Of a stretch of DNA of 64,000 bases, positions 20,101 to 29,362 are shown piece after piece. The DNA is taken from positions 1,536,001 to 1,600,000 of the forward strand of contig OY760907.1 of the NCBI GenBank assembly GCA_963664195.1, in the 5' to 3' direction. The stretch is from an uncultured candidate division Zixibacteria bacterium. Its GTDB lineage: Bacteria; Zixibacteria; MSB-5A5; GN15; FEB-12. Made by a program: the position numbers and the translations under genes. Position 1 is the first letter of the stretch, and each line of letters opens with the position of its first letter. Under the pieces are notes generated by a model. That model did not search any database and had not been told where the DNA came from. It saw only the letters and a program-made list of their open reading frames with translations.

Positions 20101-20859
20101 TTATCTCGTTTCGCCGATTTTCTGTGCGGCCTCTGAGAGGATGACCAGTTTGCCGCCGTAGGCAGACTGAACATTGTCCGAGGTGAAAACTTCTTCGGTT
20201 GGTCCGAATTTGACCAGTCTCATATTAAGCAGCATCACATAATCGAAATACTGCTGGACAGTATGGAGATCGTGATGAACGACCAGGACGGTTTTGCCAC
20301 GGTCTTTGAGGTCTTTCAGCAGGATGATGATCGCCTTTTCGGTGGCAGCATCGACCCCGGCAAACGGTTCATCCATCAGATATATCTTTGCGTCCTGCGT
20401 CAACGCTCTGGCGAGAAACACCCGCTGTTGCTGACCGCCGGAGAGCTGGCTGATCTGCCGCCTGGCGAATTCGGTCATGCCTACTTTTTCGAGAGAGGAC
20501 ATAGCTATATCGCGGTCTTCTTTCGACGGACGGCTGAATGTCGAGAGGCGGCCGTACCTGCCCATCAGGACAACGTCGAGCACGTTCACCGGAAAATCCC
20601 AGTCTACCGACTCCCGCTGAGGCACATACCCCACCAACAGGCGGTTGGCCTCGAGCGGTTCTCCGTATATCTTGACGTAGCCGGACAGGGTGGGCATCAG
20701 CCCCATTATGCCCTTGATGAGTGTTGACTTGCCGGCACCGTTGGGGCCGAGCAGGCCGATCAACTTTCCCTCGGGTAGTGAGAAGTCAACGTCCCACAGG
20801 ACCGGTTTCTTACCGTAAGCAACCGTCAGGTCGTGTACTTCGATAGGTGTGCTGTTCAT
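20101..20859 (-). CDS. Metal ABC transporter ATP-binding protein (TroB/MntB-like)
   Basis: GPNGAGKS, YVPQRESVDWDFP, LSGGQQQR, MDEPF, HHDL. Confidence 0.95.
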   Translation of the reverse strand: MNSTPIEVHDLTVAYGKKPVLWDVDFSLPEGKLIGLLGPNGAGKSTLIKGIMGLMPTLSGYVKIYGEPLEANRLLVGYVPQRESVDWDFPVNVLDVVLMGRYGRLSTFSRPSKEDRDIAMSSLEKVGMTEFARRQISQLSGGQQQRVFLARALTQDAKIYLMDEPFAGVDAATEKAIIILLKDLKDRGKTVLVVHHDLHTVQQYFDYVMLLNMRLVKFGPTEEVFTSDNVQSAYGGKLVILSEAAQKIGETR

Positions 20860-20871
20860 TCTATTGCAGTC

Positions 20872-21801
20872 CTACTTGAGTGCGTTTACTATCGTATTCA
20901 CATTGTGTCGAACCATGCCGAGATAGGTTCCCTCGGGTGTTCCCCGTTCGCCCATGGCATCGGAGAACAACTCCCCGCCGATGATGACGTTATGTCCGTC
21001 TGCTTTGCAACCCTCGACGACCGCCTCAATCGACTTGCGCGGCACCGACGACTCGACAAAAACCGCCTTGATCTTACGCTTGACCAGCAGATCGACCAAC
21101 TGGGTAACATCGTAAAGGCCCGCCTCGGTAACGGTAGAGATACCCTGGAGGCCGATTACTTCAATGTCGTAAGCTTCGCCAAAGTAGCTGAAGGCGTCGT
21201 GGGCAGTCACCAGAACGCGGCGCTCTTTCGGGATTTGCTGAATCTCGATGATGATCTTGTCGTGCAGCGTGATGATTGAATCAACGAACCTGTCACAGTT
21301 GGCCTGATAGAACTCTGCATTGGCGGCATCTTTCTCGACCAGCGTGGCAGAAATGGACTTGACCGCATTTGTCCAGAGGGCGAGGTTGAACCAAACATGC
21401 GGATCCGGATGGCCCTCGAATTTCTTCGGGTGATGCAGGAGAGAGTCAGGAATGCCATCGGCGACCGGGACCGTGGTCTTGGTCATGCTCATTTTCTCGA
21501 ACACGTCGGTAAGCTTTGCTTCGAGATGCAGGCCGTTGTAGAACACGATGTCGGCGTTGTGAAACTGTTCAATATCACCTTTGGTTGCTTTGTAGAGATG
21601 CGGATCAACGCCCGGTCCCATCATACCATAGATTTCCACCTTGTCTCCGGCGACCATTTTGACTGCATCGGCGATCATACCGGTGGTGGCGATAACTTTG
21701 AGTTTTCCGTTATCCGCGGTTTTTTCTTTTGTGCCGCAGCCGAAGATCGAAAGGGTTGCGACGACGGTCGGGATCAAAAGCAAAGCGGTGATGCGTTTCA
21801 T
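20872..21801 (-). CDS. Metal ABC transporter substrate-binding lipoprotein (TroA/MntA-like)
   Basis: Lipobox IFG-C, DPHLY, DPHVW, TAHDAFSYF, FSDAMG; start placed at MKRITALL. Confidence 0.95.
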   Translation of the reverse strand: MKRITALLLIPTVVATLSIFGCGTKEKTADNGKLKVIATTGMIADAVKMVAGDKVEIYGMMGPGVDPHLYKATKGDIEQFHNADIVFYNGLHLEAKLTDVFEKMSMTKTTVPVADGIPDSLLHHPKKFEGHPDPHVWFNLALWTNAVKSISATLVEKDAANAEFYQANCDRFVDSIITLHDKIIIEIQQIPKERRVLVTAHDAFSYFGEAYDIEVIGLQGISTVTEAGLYDVTQLVDLLVKRKIKAVFVESSVPRKSIEAVVEGCKADGHNVIIGGELFSDAMGERGTPEGTYLGMVRHNVNTIVNALK

Positions 21802-21819
21802 CGTTTCTCCGTACATAGT

Positions 21820-22314
21820 TCAAGTGCGCCAGCCGGTGGTTTTATTCGCTGACAGGGTGTTGAAATCTTGTGTTCCTCGGGACGCTTGTTTCACAAATCG
21901 TGAAAACAGCTCCTGCTGTTTGCTGTCCAGTTCCTCCACAAACTCAAGGAATTCGTGCAGGCGCTGGGCCGCACGGTTGGTCAGGCCGTGCTCCAACTGG
22001 CACGCGTTGACTTGTGCTTCATCACCTCGCAGCCCTAAAATCGTGGTGAAAAACTGCACGAGGTCTTCGTGGCGATGCAGAATTTCGGTTGCCAGTTTCT
22101 CTCCAACGGGAGTCAGATCAACCGCGCGGCGTAAACTGTGTTCCAGCAGCCCCATATCCGTCAGTTTCCTCACTGCCCGGCTCACAGTGGGTAAGCGTGT
22201 ACCCAATTCGGCGGCAATTTCGCTGATTCGCACAGAACCCCTGCCATTTGCCTGTTCCAGCCGATAAATGATCTCCATGTAATCCTGCTGAGCAGGCGTC
22301 AGTGTCAGGGCCAT
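21820..22314 (-). CDS. DtxR/MntR family metal-dependent transcriptional regulator
   Basis: DYMEIIY, wHTH ISEIAAELG..LPTVS, LT..GE, RHE, ACQLEH. Confidence 0.9.
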   Translation of the reverse strand: MALTLTPAQQDYMEIIYRLEQANGRGSVRISEIAAELGTRLPTVSRAVRKLTDMGLLEHSLRRAVDLTPVGEKLATEILHRHEDLVQFFTTILGLRGDEAQVNACQLEHGLTNRAAQRLHEFLEFVEELDSKQQELFSRFVKQASRGTQDFNTLSANKTTGWRT

Positions 22315-22325
22315 TGCAGACCTCT

Positions 22326-22347
22326 CTAGTTACCTTAGGGTAATTAG
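22326..22347. promoter_or_regulatory. Putative DtxR/MntR operator palindrome
   Basis: CTAGTTACCTTAGGGTAATTAG has 18 of 22 positions dyad-symmetric and abuts the regulator's RBS. Confidence 0.55.
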
Positions 22348-22433
22348 CAGAACGCTTAGGCCTCTGTAAGGTTTCAGGAAAATCATGGTCGAGCAAGTTT
22401 TGTTATTCGCAAGCAGTCAAAGGCTCCTTTATC

Positions 22434-22462
22434 TTGACAAACCCCCACCGTGCGTCCATAAT
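22434..22462 (+). promoter_or_regulatory. Sigma70-type promoter of the nfi-like gene cluster
   Basis: TTGACA-17 nt-CATAAT. Confidence 0.6.
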
Positions 22463-22575
22463 ATGTCTATAGAGGTAGCGGAATGTTTGAACGGTCTCCC
22501 GGGCCGTTGGGCAGAGTGGGGCTTCACATCAGTTTACTGTGATTTCAGCAAACCGAGAGCAAACGCACGCTTTGC

Positions 22576-23313
22576 GTGCGCAGGGAGGGTCTGCACGATT
22601 TGGAATGGATATTAGGTCACGATTGGCCGACAGACAAGAAGGGCGCGTATGCGATACTCAGCGAGCGAGCCAAGCAGGTCGACTGTACCGCCAACATATC
22701 TGAACCGACCTCGATAGTGGCTGTTGAGGCCGCTTATGGTCATGGGGGTGCGTCTGTCTATGCGGCGGCGATTGCCCTCACTTTTCCGGACCTGCAGGAG
22801 GTCGAGCGCAGCTATTTTCATTTGCCGACCGAGTTTCCGTACATTCCGGGGTTGTTCTATTTTCGGGAAGGGCCGGCATTGGTGAATGCCCTGCTTGCCA
22901 TGAAAACTGACCCCGATTTGATCATGGTCAGCGGCCACGGAATTGCGCATCCCAAGCAGTGTGGTATAGCGAGTCATATAGGGATGTCCTTCGACAAGCC
23001 GACGATTGGAGTAGCCCGGCGACTTCTGACGGGCACGCATCGGCCGGTCAAAGAGACCAAGGGTAGCTCCCAGCCGATCCGTCAGGGGCAGACCGAGCTG
23101 GGGGTTGCGTATCGCAGCAAGGACAATGTGAAACCGATCTTCATCTCTCCCGGTCATCAATGTGATCTTGCTTTTGCACGCAATATTGTTGTACGATGTC
23201 TTCGCGGGTACCGCTTGCCGGAGCCGCTTCGCTTCGCCCACCTTCTGGCTAACAAGCACAAACGGTATGTTGAAAGGGATAACAGGAATAAGCAACCAGA
23301 CCCTGCACCGTGA
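22576..23313 (+). CDS. nfi: Endonuclease V homolog with substituted catalytic residues
   Basis: FPYIPGL, FREGP, GHGIAHP, GIASH.G, PTIGVA, PIFISPGH, PEP.R.AH; has VAVE and MVSG where GVD and xDG are expected; start uncertain (TTG 22600 possible). Confidence 0.85.
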   Translation: MRREGLHDLEWILGHDWPTDKKGAYAILSERAKQVDCTANISEPTSIVAVEAAYGHGGASVYAAAIALTFPDLQEVERSYFHLPTEFPYIPGLFYFREGPALVNALLAMKTDPDLIMVSGHGIAHPKQCGIASHIGMSFDKPTIGVARRLLTGTHRPVKETKGSSQPIRQGQTELGVAYRSKDNVKPIFISPGHQCDLAFARNIVVRCLRGYRLPEPLRFAHLLANKHKRYVERDNRNKQPDPAP

Positions 23314-23338
23314 ACCGCTCCCAAGCGTACAAATACAT

Positions 23339-24532
23339 ATGAACACCACACGTACAGACATTCTTGGCCTCGCCCGGAAGTGGCATAAGAGGCAGGTGAA
23401 GTGGCGTCGCCACTTTCATCGATTCCCGGAGATCTCCAACGAGGAAATCAGAACCACGTCTTTCATCCGCGGCGAGCTGAAGAAACTCGGTGTGAAGCTG
23501 TTGCCGTTGAAGATGAAAACCGGCGTGCTGGCGCAGATCAACGGCGCCGGGTCGGGCAAGACGGTGGCGATTCGCTCCGATATTGATGCTCTTCCGGTGA
23601 CCGAGTTGACCGGGTTGCCGTTTGCCTCGAAGCATAACGGTTGCATGCACGCCTGCGGTCACGATATGCACATGGCGACGGTGCTAGGTGTGGCCGGGAT
23701 TCTTGCGAAGCTGCAGCCGGAGCTGAAGGGGAACGTCCGGTTTCTTTTTCAGCCGGCCGAAGAAATGCCTCCCGGAGGGGCGCGTCCGATGATTGCCTGC
23801 GGGGCGCTGGAGGATGTGAGCACGATTTTCGGTATTCACACCGATCCGCATCTGGCGGTCGGTAAGATTGCCCTTCGTGACGGTCCCACGATGGCCTCCG
23901 TCTACGATTTTGATATTGTTATCCACGGCAAGGGCGGTCATGCGGCTCGTCCGCAGTCATCGGTTGACGCGATAGTGACAGCATCGGAAGTCGTCTCTTC
24001 GCTGCAAACGATTATCTCGCGCGAACTCAACCCGATCGACGCCGCGACCATAACTTTTGGCCAGATCAGGGGAGGTGTGGCGCGCAACGTAATTGCCGAT
24101 CAGGTCACCCTGGTAGGGACGGCGCGAACACTTTCGCCTCAGGCCCTGAAGGCGCTGCCAGGGTTGATCAAACGGACTGTTGCCGGCGTCTGCAAGGCTC
24201 GCGGGGCCTCTTGCGACGTGAACGAGATTGCCAGCTACCCGGTGCTCGTTAATCATGCAGCAACCAATCGGCTTTTTGCCCGGTGTTTTGAAGAACTGTT
24301 TGGAAGGAAGAGGGTTGTGGAGGCTGAATCCGTGCTTGGCGGCGAAGATTTTGCCTGCTATCTTGAAAAGGTCCCCGGAGCCTGGATGCGAGTAGGAGTG
24401 ATGAACAAGAAGATCAAAGCGGATCAACCCTGGCATTCGCCGAGGTTCGTGGTCGACGAGGAATCGATCTACTACGGCACTGCGCTTCTTGTTGCTTCAA
24501 CTCTGGAATACCTGGGTGGATCAGAAACATGA
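23339..24532 (+). CDS. M20D family amidohydrolase
   Basis: RRHFHRFPE, RSDIDALP, MHACGHD, FQPAEE, GGHAARP, GEDF, WHSP. Confidence 0.93.
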   Translation: MNTTRTDILGLARKWHKRQVKWRRHFHRFPEISNEEIRTTSFIRGELKKLGVKLLPLKMKTGVLAQINGAGSGKTVAIRSDIDALPVTELTGLPFASKHNGCMHACGHDMHMATVLGVAGILAKLQPELKGNVRFLFQPAEEMPPGGARPMIACGALEDVSTIFGIHTDPHLAVGKIALRDGPTMASVYDFDIVIHGKGGHAARPQSSVDAIVTASEVVSSLQTIISRELNPIDAATITFGQIRGGVARNVIADQVTLVGTARTLSPQALKALPGLIKRTVAGVCKARGASCDVNEIASYPVLVNHAATNRLFARCFEELFGRKRVVEAESVLGGEDFACYLEKVPGAWMRVGVMNKKIKADQPWHSPRFVVDEESIYYGTALLVASTLEYLGGSET

Positions 24533-25998
24533 CTCCCCGGAAAACCATCCTGAGCTGCGTACTGCTTCTACTGATGACCATGCCTGTTTCTGCCCAATGG
24601 TTGAAAGGTCAGGCAGTCACCTACGGTGATTTTGGCTACGTGCATTCTGTTACCAGCTCTATGAGCCACGTCTATTTCGCCACTTCAAGCGGAATCATCT
24701 GCTATGACCGAATCGGTATGGGCTGGGAGCAACCGCTGACCGGCGCTGACGGAATGTTCGATGAAATCGCCACGCGGATATGGGTGGACCGATTTGATGA
24801 CAAACTGTGTGCCTCGACGGATATGGGGTTCTATGAGTACAACAAGCTTTTTGACCGCTGGTATCCTATTTCGGAACTGCCGCAAATAGACCAGAGCGAT
24901 CGACATCTGTCCGCACCCGATTTCCTATTGCCGGAGTTCAATGCCAATTATATGGGCGAAGGTCGTTTTGTAGACACCGAAGGCCGTTCGTACACCACCA
25001 CTGATATTGTCGATGACAATGCCGGCTATCTATGGATAGGGACCTGGGGATTCGGAGCGGCGAAAGCCAGAACGTCCTCGGGGCTGATGAATTTCCTCCC
25101 GTACGGATTGCTCCAGAGTCGAGTCAACGTGATCTTCCCTGATGACAGCGTGCTCTGGGTTTCGGGTGCTACCATGAGTGCCTGGCGCACCGGCCTGACC
25201 GCTTTCAATCCCGAGAAGAACGTGTTTTTCCATGTGGAGTCCGGTGTGCACCGCGGCTTTCCAGACGAGGATGTCAATTGTCTTGAGGGGGACCAGCAGA
25301 ATCTGTACGTCGGCACGCCCCGTGGCATGTATGTTCTCGATCGTTCAACTTGGTTTGCAAAGGGGCCGGTTGACCGTCGACGAGGCCTTCTTGATGACAA
25401 CGTGCTATCTATGTGTCGTCTCGGGGACAGTCTGTTCGTCGGTACGGCGTCCGGTCTGAGTATGATTGGCCTGACTACGGATTCGGTGTATCAAATCCGA
25501 ACGAACACATTTCTCGATCAGTATATCTACGATCTGGAAGCGGCTGGCGATGATCTCTGGATAGCCGCCAGCACCGGCGCGTATCGACTCTCGCTCAAGA
25601 CCGGCAAGCTCCACCAGTTCCAGGATCCCGATCTCGTGTTGTTCAGCCGGGTGTTTGACATAGAGTTTTTTGACAATCAGGTGTGGTTCTCCTCCGACGG
25701 CGGCGTGGTTAGTCTCGATCTCGAAACCGGCGAGACAGAACCATACCGTGAGGCTTCGAGCCGTATCGACGCCCGCGCGCTGGCGGTAAATCAATGGGCG
25801 GTCGCGTTTGCTTCCGACGATGGCATGACGATGGTCTTCTTCGACCGGGAGAAGCCGTACAGCCGGGAATTCACGACCTCGGACGGTCTGCCCTCGGATC
25901 AAGTTTTCAGCCTGCTTTTTGACGAGGAGTACATCTGGATTGGCACAGATCGGGGATTGACGCGGTTTCTCTGGGATAATCCCGATCGTGTCGATTGA
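24529..25998 (+). CDS. Exported beta-propeller protein (Reg_prop-like repeats)
   Basis: Signal peptide; repeats LWIGTWG, LYVGTPRG, LFVGTASGL, DGLPSD.V, IWIGTDRGL. Confidence 0.75.
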   Translation: MTPRKTILSCVLLLLMTMPVSAQWLKGQAVTYGDFGYVHSVTSSMSHVYFATSSGIICYDRIGMGWEQPLTGADGMFDEIATRIWVDRFDDKLCASTDMGFYEYNKLFDRWYPISELPQIDQSDRHLSAPDFLLPEFNANYMGEGRFVDTEGRSYTTTDIVDDNAGYLWIGTWGFGAAKARTSSGLMNFLPYGLLQSRVNVIFPDDSVLWVSGATMSAWRTGLTAFNPEKNVFFHVESGVHRGFPDEDVNCLEGDQQNLYVGTPRGMYVLDRSTWFAKGPVDRRRGLLDDNVLSMCRLGDSLFVGTASGLSMIGLTTDSVYQIRTNTFLDQYIYDLEAAGDDLWIAASTGAYRLSLKTGKLHQFQDPDLVLFSRVFDIEFFDNQVWFSSDGGVVSLDLETGETEPYREASSRIDARALAVNQWAVAFASDDGMTMVFFDREKPYSREFTTSDGLPSDQVFSLLFDEEYIWIGTDRGLTRFLWDNPDRVD

Positions 25999-26135
25999 AC
26001 TCTCTTCCGTATTACCGTGTCGCACCACAATCAGAATATGCGGTTGATTGCCGACATTCAATGTAGTACCATGACAGGTGTGGAGCTAATCGGGCGTGTC
26101 CCGCTAAACGAACAGACTGGCATCGACCGGCATAA

Positions 26136-27074
26136 ATGAAATGGTTGCTGAACAATTTTTGGCTTAAGGTGGTCGCGTTTGCGGCGGGCCTGCTCGTGTG
26201 GTTTCATGTTGCTACAGAGAAATCGTACGACTTCGACATCACACTGCCGGTAACCGAGATTGCCCTCAAAGACCAATTGGCGCTCTCCAAGGAACCTCCA
26301 GATTCCCTCTTCGTATCGGTCTCCGCGACCGGCAAACAGCTTCTTCGCCACGAGTGGCGTGACCGTGGCGTGCGTATCAATGCCACGCAGTACCAGGCTG
26401 GTCGGTACTCATTGTCGCTGTCGAAGTTGAACACGTTTCTCGTTTACACCGAAGATCTGATCTCGCTGGATGAAGTGATCTCGCCGGTTACGGTGCCGCT
26501 GGAAATAGATGTTGAGTCGGCGTCCAGCGTCAAGGTGGTGCCTGATCTCGATGTCTCTGCCGATGAGGGTTTTGCGATTGGTCAGGAGTTGGTAGTGGTG
26601 CCGCCGACAGTGAGATTGACCGGACCGCGCTCGAAAGTTGGGTTGATTACGTCGTTGCCGACCGAACCCAAGAAGCTCGGCGGCTTGAAGAACCCGGTGA
26701 CTATGAGGCTCGCGTTGATTCCGCCCAAGGGATTCGGGTTTCACTTGGCTCCGGATTCGGTGACGGTAACCGTGCCGGTGGTGCCGGTGAAAACGCGGGT
26801 GTATGAGGATATCCCGGTAGTGGTCTTTAATGCGCCGCCGGATGTGGTCGTGACGACTGATCCCAAAGTTGTGCGGCTTGAGATTATCGGTCCGCCAGAT
26901 GATATTGACCTTCTCAATCGCAATGCCCTGACCGCGTCAGTGGATTACCGTCGCCAAAACACCGAGAATCGGGCCGGTATCAAAGTTGACTGCCCGCCAA
27001 ACTTCAGGCTTAAGAGAGCCTCAGACCAATCCGTACATATCCAGGTAGACACCAATGCTGACCTTAGGAATTGA
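26136..27074 (+). CDS. YbbR/CdaR-like domain protein
   Basis: N-terminal NFWLKV...LLVWF.V anchor; repeated P..V.LTGP and P..V.LEI.GP units. Confidence 0.75.
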   Translation: MKWLLNNFWLKVVAFAAGLLVWFHVATEKSYDFDITLPVTEIALKDQLALSKEPPDSLFVSVSATGKQLLRHEWRDRGVRINATQYQAGRYSLSLSKLNTFLVYTEDLISLDEVISPVTVPLEIDVESASSVKVVPDLDVSADEGFAIGQELVVVPPTVRLTGPRSKVGLITSLPTEPKKLGGLKNPVTMRLALIPPKGFGFHLAPDSVTVTVPVVPVKTRVYEDIPVVVFNAPPDVVVTTDPKVVRLEIIGPPDDIDLLNRNALTASVDYRRQNTENRAGIKVDCPPNFRLKRASDQSVHIQVDTNADLRN

Positions 27075-28056
27075 ATCCTCCTGTGACGAGACTTCCGCGG
27101 CAGTCGTGAAAGACGGCCGTGAGATCCTGTCGAATGTCATCCTCTCTCAAACCGTGCATACCAGATTCGGGGGGGTGATTCCCGAGGTCGCCAGCCGTGA
27201 GCATCTCAAGGCGATCGTGCCGATCTATGAGGCCGCGCTGGAAGAAGCCGGTGTGACACTTGATGACATCGACCTTATCGCGGCAACTCAGGGACCGGGA
27301 TTGGTAGGGCCACTTCTGGTCGGTTTGACTTTTGCCAAGGGACTGGCCTACGCCAAAAAGATACCGTTTGCGCCGGTGAACCACATGGAAGGGCACCTGA
27401 CCGCGAACATTCTTGAACATCCCGATCTGGACTCTCATCACCTGACTCTGATCGTCTCGGGCGGGCACACGATGCTCGTCGAGGTGAAATCATTCGGTGA
27501 ATACGAACTGCTGGGGCAGACCCGCGACGATGCTGCCGGGGAGGCGTTTGACAAAGTAGCCAAACTGATGGGGTTGGGATATCCGGGCGGTGCGGCGCTG
27601 AATGAACTGGCCTCGAAGGGCAATCCGAAGTTCTTTCGGTTTCCACGGGCGGTGATGAGACAGGATTATCAATTCTCGTATTCTGGCCTTAAGACGGCCG
27701 TGGCGCTCTATCTGCAGAAGCAGACGCCGGAGGAATCAGAGGAGCACATGGCGGATATCGCAGCCTCGTTCCAGGAGGCCGTGATTGATGTCCTGGTGAA
27801 AAAAACGGTCAAGGCGGCGCGGGCGTCAGGTATTCGGGATGTCACAATATCAGGTGGGGTAGCAGCCAACAGCCGCCTTCGCGAGGTGATGACTTCCGAG
27901 CTGCAGAAGCATCGCAAGCGACTGTTTTATCCTTCGACGGAGCTTTGTACGGACAATGCCGCGATGATTGCCGCGGCGGGGTTCTATCGTTATGAGTTAC
28001 ACGGTCCTGGGGAGTTGATTGCGAACGCGATTCCGTACCTGCCGCTGATCTCGTAG
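27055..28056 (+). CDS. tsaD: tRNA N6-adenosine threonylcarbamoyltransferase
   Basis: LGIESSCDET, GGVIPEVASREH, HMEGH, VSGGHT, DDAAGEAFDK, GGVAAN, CTDNAAMI. Confidence 0.97.
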   Translation: MLTLGIESSCDETSAAVVKDGREILSNVILSQTVHTRFGGVIPEVASREHLKAIVPIYEAALEEAGVTLDDIDLIAATQGPGLVGPLLVGLTFAKGLAYAKKIPFAPVNHMEGHLTANILEHPDLDSHHLTLIVSGGHTMLVEVKSFGEYELLGQTRDDAAGEAFDKVAKLMGLGYPGGAALNELASKGNPKFFRFPRAVMRQDYQFSYSGLKTAVALYLQKQTPEESEEHMADIAASFQEAVIDVLVKKTVKAARASGIRDVTISGGVAANSRLREVMTSELQKHRKRLFYPSTELCTDNAAMIAAAGFYRYELHGPGELIANAIPYLPLIS

Positions 28057-28073
28057 TGCCGCCCGCATGTTGA

Positions 28074-28484
28074 TCACTCCTCCGGAAATCCGGTTTCTTT
28101 GCGGATGGCGGCGTAGTCGGGAAGCTGATGCCAGTCGTGGAACCAGGCGCTGTTGATCATCTCGTCGATCTGTTCAAAAATCTCGACACTTAGATTCGCG
28201 AACTCAAGTCCGGCGCCGAATGAGCCTGACAGCAGCGTACCGGTGCATTCGTTGCACCAGCGACAGACGGCGTCGAATTCGATTTCCTTCCGCTTTTCCA
28301 GAAATTTGGCCGGCACGAGTTTCAGGTGATAGGTCTGGTTCTGAACGAACTCACGTTCACCGTGGAGCCGCACGCCCCGATTAGTCATATCGATAACGTT
28401 ACCCATGAATTTGCCGTTACCTCGGTCGTAAACTTCGAGATAGTTGACCGGGCGTTTTCTGCTTTGTCTTCTGCCGTCGGACAT
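28074..28484 (-). CDS. PilZ domain protein (c-di-GMP receptor-like)
   Basis: RRQSR (RxxxR) and DMTNRG (DxSxxG-like) motifs, VCRW, GLEF. Confidence 0.75.
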   Translation of the reverse strand: MSDGRRQSRKRPVNYLEVYDRGNGKFMGNVIDMTNRGVRLHGEREFVQNQTYHLKLVPAKFLEKRKEIEFDAVCRWCNECTGTLLSGSFGAGLEFANLSVEIFEQIDEMINSAWFHDWHQLPDYAAIRKETGFPEE

Positions 28485-28694
28485 GATTCAAACTCCGTAG
28501 CTTGGCTTGATTGTGGAGCAACGGTATATCTGCGCCGCTACAGGAGTTATCGGCATATTCGGGGGAAGTTTAGAGTGGGGAAGTTATCGGGCGAGTGATC
28601 CAAAACTTGTTGATTCGCTGCGCCGGCCCCGCTACCCTATTCTGGTATTCCTATCTAACGCAACAGGTCCCTGATCGGGACGAAGGGGAGAGAC

Positions 28695-29231
28695 ATGACA
28701 GAAGACACAAATCAACCGGTACCCGAGCCGACCGCCACGCCGGTGATCGACCAGATGAAGCTGCAGATGTATATGCAGGAGGTGCGGGATAACCAGAACC
28801 TGAGCATGGCACTTCTCGGCGGTGCTGCTGCGGCCGTGATCGGTGCGAGTCTCTGGGCGCTTATTACCAGTGTCACCGGTTGGCAGATCGGGTTTATGGC
28901 GGTCGGCGTGGGAATCCTTGTCGGTTACGTCGTTCAGAAGGCGGGGAAGGGGGTCGACATGAGTTTTGGCCTTGTCGGAGCGGTCATGTCGTTGCTCGGG
29001 TGCCTGGGCGGAAATCTTCTGGTGGTCTGCGTACAACTGGCCGATCAGGAGGGGATCGGAGTGTTCGAAACGGTCTCGGGACTTGACCTTGATCTCGCGA
29101 TTGAGTTGATGACGGTCACGTTTAGCCCGATGGATTTGGTGTTCTACGGAATAGCGGTTTACGAAGGCTACAGATTCTCGATCCGCCAGTTGACCGAGGA
29201 AGAGTTGGCGAAAGTAACGAGGGTGGGGTAA
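28695..29231 (+). CDS. Hypothetical membrane protein
   Basis: About 4 hydrophobic segments; GGGGAG RBS. Confidence 0.75.
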   Translation: MTEDTNQPVPEPTATPVIDQMKLQMYMQEVRDNQNLSMALLGGAAAAVIGASLWALITSVTGWQIGFMAVGVGILVGYVVQKAGKGVDMSFGLVGAVMSLLGCLGGNLLVVCVQLADQEGIGVFETVSGLDLDLAIELMTVTFSPMDLVFYGIAVYEGYRFSIRQLTEEELAKVTRVG

Positions 29232-29248
29232 GGGGTGCCAAAAACACA

Positions 29249-29338
29249 AGGGCGGGTCCGTCTTGAACCCACCTAATTCAGAATCGAATCCCTTCGGGTT
29301 CGATCCTTCCGGCAGGTCTGTCTTCAGACCTGCCCTAC
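29249..29338. repeat. REP-like doublet, family C (GGCAGGTCTGTCTTCAGACCTGCCCTAC) with a central hairpin
   Basis: Palindrome ending CTAC (GTAG on the - strand); near-identical core at 51402-51429; hairpin with a cTTCGg loop at 29283-29305. Confidence 0.65.
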
Positions 29339-29362
29339 AAGAAGACCAGTGTGTTTTTCTAA

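Noticed and set aside
29310..29338. AGACCTGCC resembling the 3' end of a cobalamin riboswitch
   Set aside because: It is one arm of a palindrome repeated at 51402 and lies between convergent gene ends, so it is a REP-like repeat.
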